Source: a virus (taxonomy: Duplodnaviria; Caudoviricetes). Taken from it: a stretch of 64,000 nt of DNA. Positions 62,652 through 64,000 of the stretch are shown here, piece after piece. Both the position numbers and the translations under genes were made by a program. The notes under the pieces are model-generated. The model was not told the origin of the DNA. It did no database searches and saw only the letters and a list, made by a program, of their open reading frames with translations. The stretch covers positions 1 to 64,000 of IMG/VR virus record IMGVR_UViG_3300033076_000897; one strand, 5' to 3'. Position 1 is the stretch's first letter. Every line of letters begins with the position of its first letter.

Positions 62652-64000
62652 TTACATTGATTTTCTATTTGTAGACTGTAACTTAGTGTATACAGTGCGT
62701 TGTACTGGTGGTTCATCAAAGTAAACAGAGAGACTTGCCATTTCATTGATGGCTGGTTGAGCTTTTACTTCAACCGAATCTCTGTCTAACCAACCACCTC
62801 TAAATAGAGGCATGTCTTGTTTGTTCATGATGATGTCACCGTACTTGTCTAAGCCGACGTATTTGTCAAAGCCAATTGGATTAGGTTGACCAGGAACAAG
62901 GTTCACCTTTTGTACAGTTTCGTTTTTCTCAAAGAAGAAGAATCTTTGTTTTCCATCTCCAACATCTTGAAGAGTTGGTGTAGTTGGAGTTACAGTCACT
63001 GTCTTGACATAATAGTAACCCAATCTTCTAGCTTCTTCTTCAAGCGCAGAAACGAATTGAACGTTTACAGCGTCGATGCCTTCGATACCCTCTAACAAAG
63101 CGATGATGTCAGATTTAGGTAGTTTGTCTCTTCTAACTACGTTAAGTAAATATTCGCTGATCTTTGATCTAATGTCTTTAAAGATCTGGTTTTTGTCAAA
63201 TCCTTCGAAGTATCTAACAAAAATGTCCATGCGATAAAATTTCACAGTAGGTTTTACGAATTCAATATCAGTAACAACCATTTGTTGTCCAGAATCTTCG
63301 ATAACCTTTTTAATAGCATTCAGTTCAGTATCTTTAAAGTTAAATTCTTCAACTGGCAGTGAGAAATAATCTTGACCAGCCATTAATTTTCTCTTTGCAT
63401 CGGGTAGTAAGAACAGATAGATGACGTTATCGTCGTCTAAATATCCATCATCGGTTGATGTATAAGCGTCTATATAAGAAAATGAATTGTATCTTGATAG
63501 AAAGTGTTCGTAATTTTGTGGAGTTGCTAATACAAAAGATTTAGATGCCAAAGGTGCAATTAATTTTGTAAACTCAGTACTTTCTGGATCAGCTCCCATT
63601 TTAGGCGCTGCTACAACTTCACAATCTAATATTTCGTTAAGGTTGTATGTAGTTCCAGTAGAATCAGAACCTTCTGTGATCCATTTGAAAGAAATGTCTT
63701 TGGAATCTCCGACGTTTCCTTTAGAACCATCATGTTTGATGTATTCTACGCTGATAGTTGAACCAACTGGCGGTACCATACCGAAATTACCATTACCAAA
63801 ATAAACATCTAAACCTCCAACAATACCTGCTTTTACGAGATAACCTTTAGAATTGGCTCCCATCTCGTATAGAGAATTGTACTTTGTCCAAAGTTCACCG
63901 TTAACTGAAACTCTAACAGTATCGTGCCCAGTTGCACCTGAAACTTTAATATTGAAAGATTGCATTTTTTCACCAGTACCAGTAACCGTTTGCGATTCTA
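62652..64000 (-). CDS. gp6: Baseplate wedge protein, T4 gp6-like (5' end outside the window)
   Basis: Frame is open to the window edge (..ESQTVTGTGEKMQSF); VYFGNG.FG..P..GS.I.VEY...DG..GN, GADPES, LATPQNYE, IEGIDAV. Confidence 0.85.
   Translation of the reverse strand, partial: ESQTVTGTGEKMQSFNIKVSGATGHDTVRVSVNGELWTKYNSLYEMGANSKGYLVKAGIVGGLDVYFGNGNFGMVPPVGSTISVEYIKHDGSKGNVGDSKDISFKWITEGSDSTGTTYNLNEILDCEVVAAPKMGADPESTEFTKLIAPLASKSFVLATPQNYEHFLSRYNSFSYIDAYTSTDDGYLDDDNVIYLFLLPDAKRKLMAGQDYFSLPVEEFNFKDTELNAIKKVIEDSGQQMVVTDIEFVKPTVKFYRMDIFVRYFEGFDKNQIFKDIRSKISEYLLNVVRRDKLPKSDIIALLEGIEGIDAVNVQFVSALEEEARRLGYYYVKTVTVTPTTPTLQDVGDGKQRFFFFEKNETVQKVNLVPGQPNPIGFDKYVGLDKYGDIIMNKQDMPLFRGGWLDRDSVEVKAQPAINEMASLSVYFDEPPVQRTVYTKLQSTNRKSM

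Noticed and set aside
1066-63095. All plus-strand ORFs in the track (e.g. 9607-9978, 21622-22125, 43058-43435) and short nested minus-strand ORFs (16985, 18581, 22122, 22817, 38281, 41431, 50540, 62137)
   Set aside because: They lie antisense to, or out of frame within, well-supported genes, have Ser/Leu/Phe-rich shadow composition and no motifs; they are expected from codon bias.
1-64000. Stop-codon reassignment as seen in some large phages
   Set aside because: TAA, TAG (26562, 37988) and TGA all end genes at expected protein ends, and coding density is high under code 11.
1-64000. tRNA genes, CRISPR arrays, integrase or IS elements
   Set aside because: No cloverleaf/TTCGA arms, repeat-spacer arrays or transposase/integrase motifs were seen, and intergenic gaps are short. 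A tRNAscan/Infernal run would be needed to be certain.

Overview
This 64 kb window is a gene-dense segment of a large T4-like myovirus genome. Every credible gene is on the minus strand and reads in the standard genetic code. In window order it carries: head genes (gp23 partial, gp21 protease fused to a long scaffold-like region, gp20, gp2, gp4); the late sigma factor gp55; gp15; gp46/gp47; a gp33-like protein; gp41; UvsX; a family B DNA polymerase split into two genes separated by nrdB, nrdA, serA and the sliding clamp; a dimeric dUTPase-like enzyme; a glycan cassette (FAD mutase/oxidoreductase, two GT2, GH16); thyA; a cluster of late genes whose products carry T4-type capsid-targeting and prohead-protease cleavage motifs; uvsW/uvsY; primase; gp32; a RuvC-like resolvase; and tail/baseplate genes ending in a partial gp6. 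The Flavobacteria-type SerA, A-rich start regions without Shine-Dalgarno sequences and a spanin-like protein point to a Bacteroidota host (inference). Two promoter classes can be read directly from the DNA. GATATATA (13 copies found) lies mostly before virion genes. nGAAAC-N17-TAnAA (8 minus-strand copies) lies before replication and metabolic genes and gp55. The strongest novel-system candidate is the 29.5-38 kb cluster, plus 43054-43419, of putatively head-packaged, protease-processed proteins: a modular polyprotein, a ligase-fold/HxGH nucleotidyltransferase pair, a PD-(D/E)xK-like nuclease and a pro-peptide-masked glycine-zipper peptide. All calls come from motif recognition by eye; no database searches were run.
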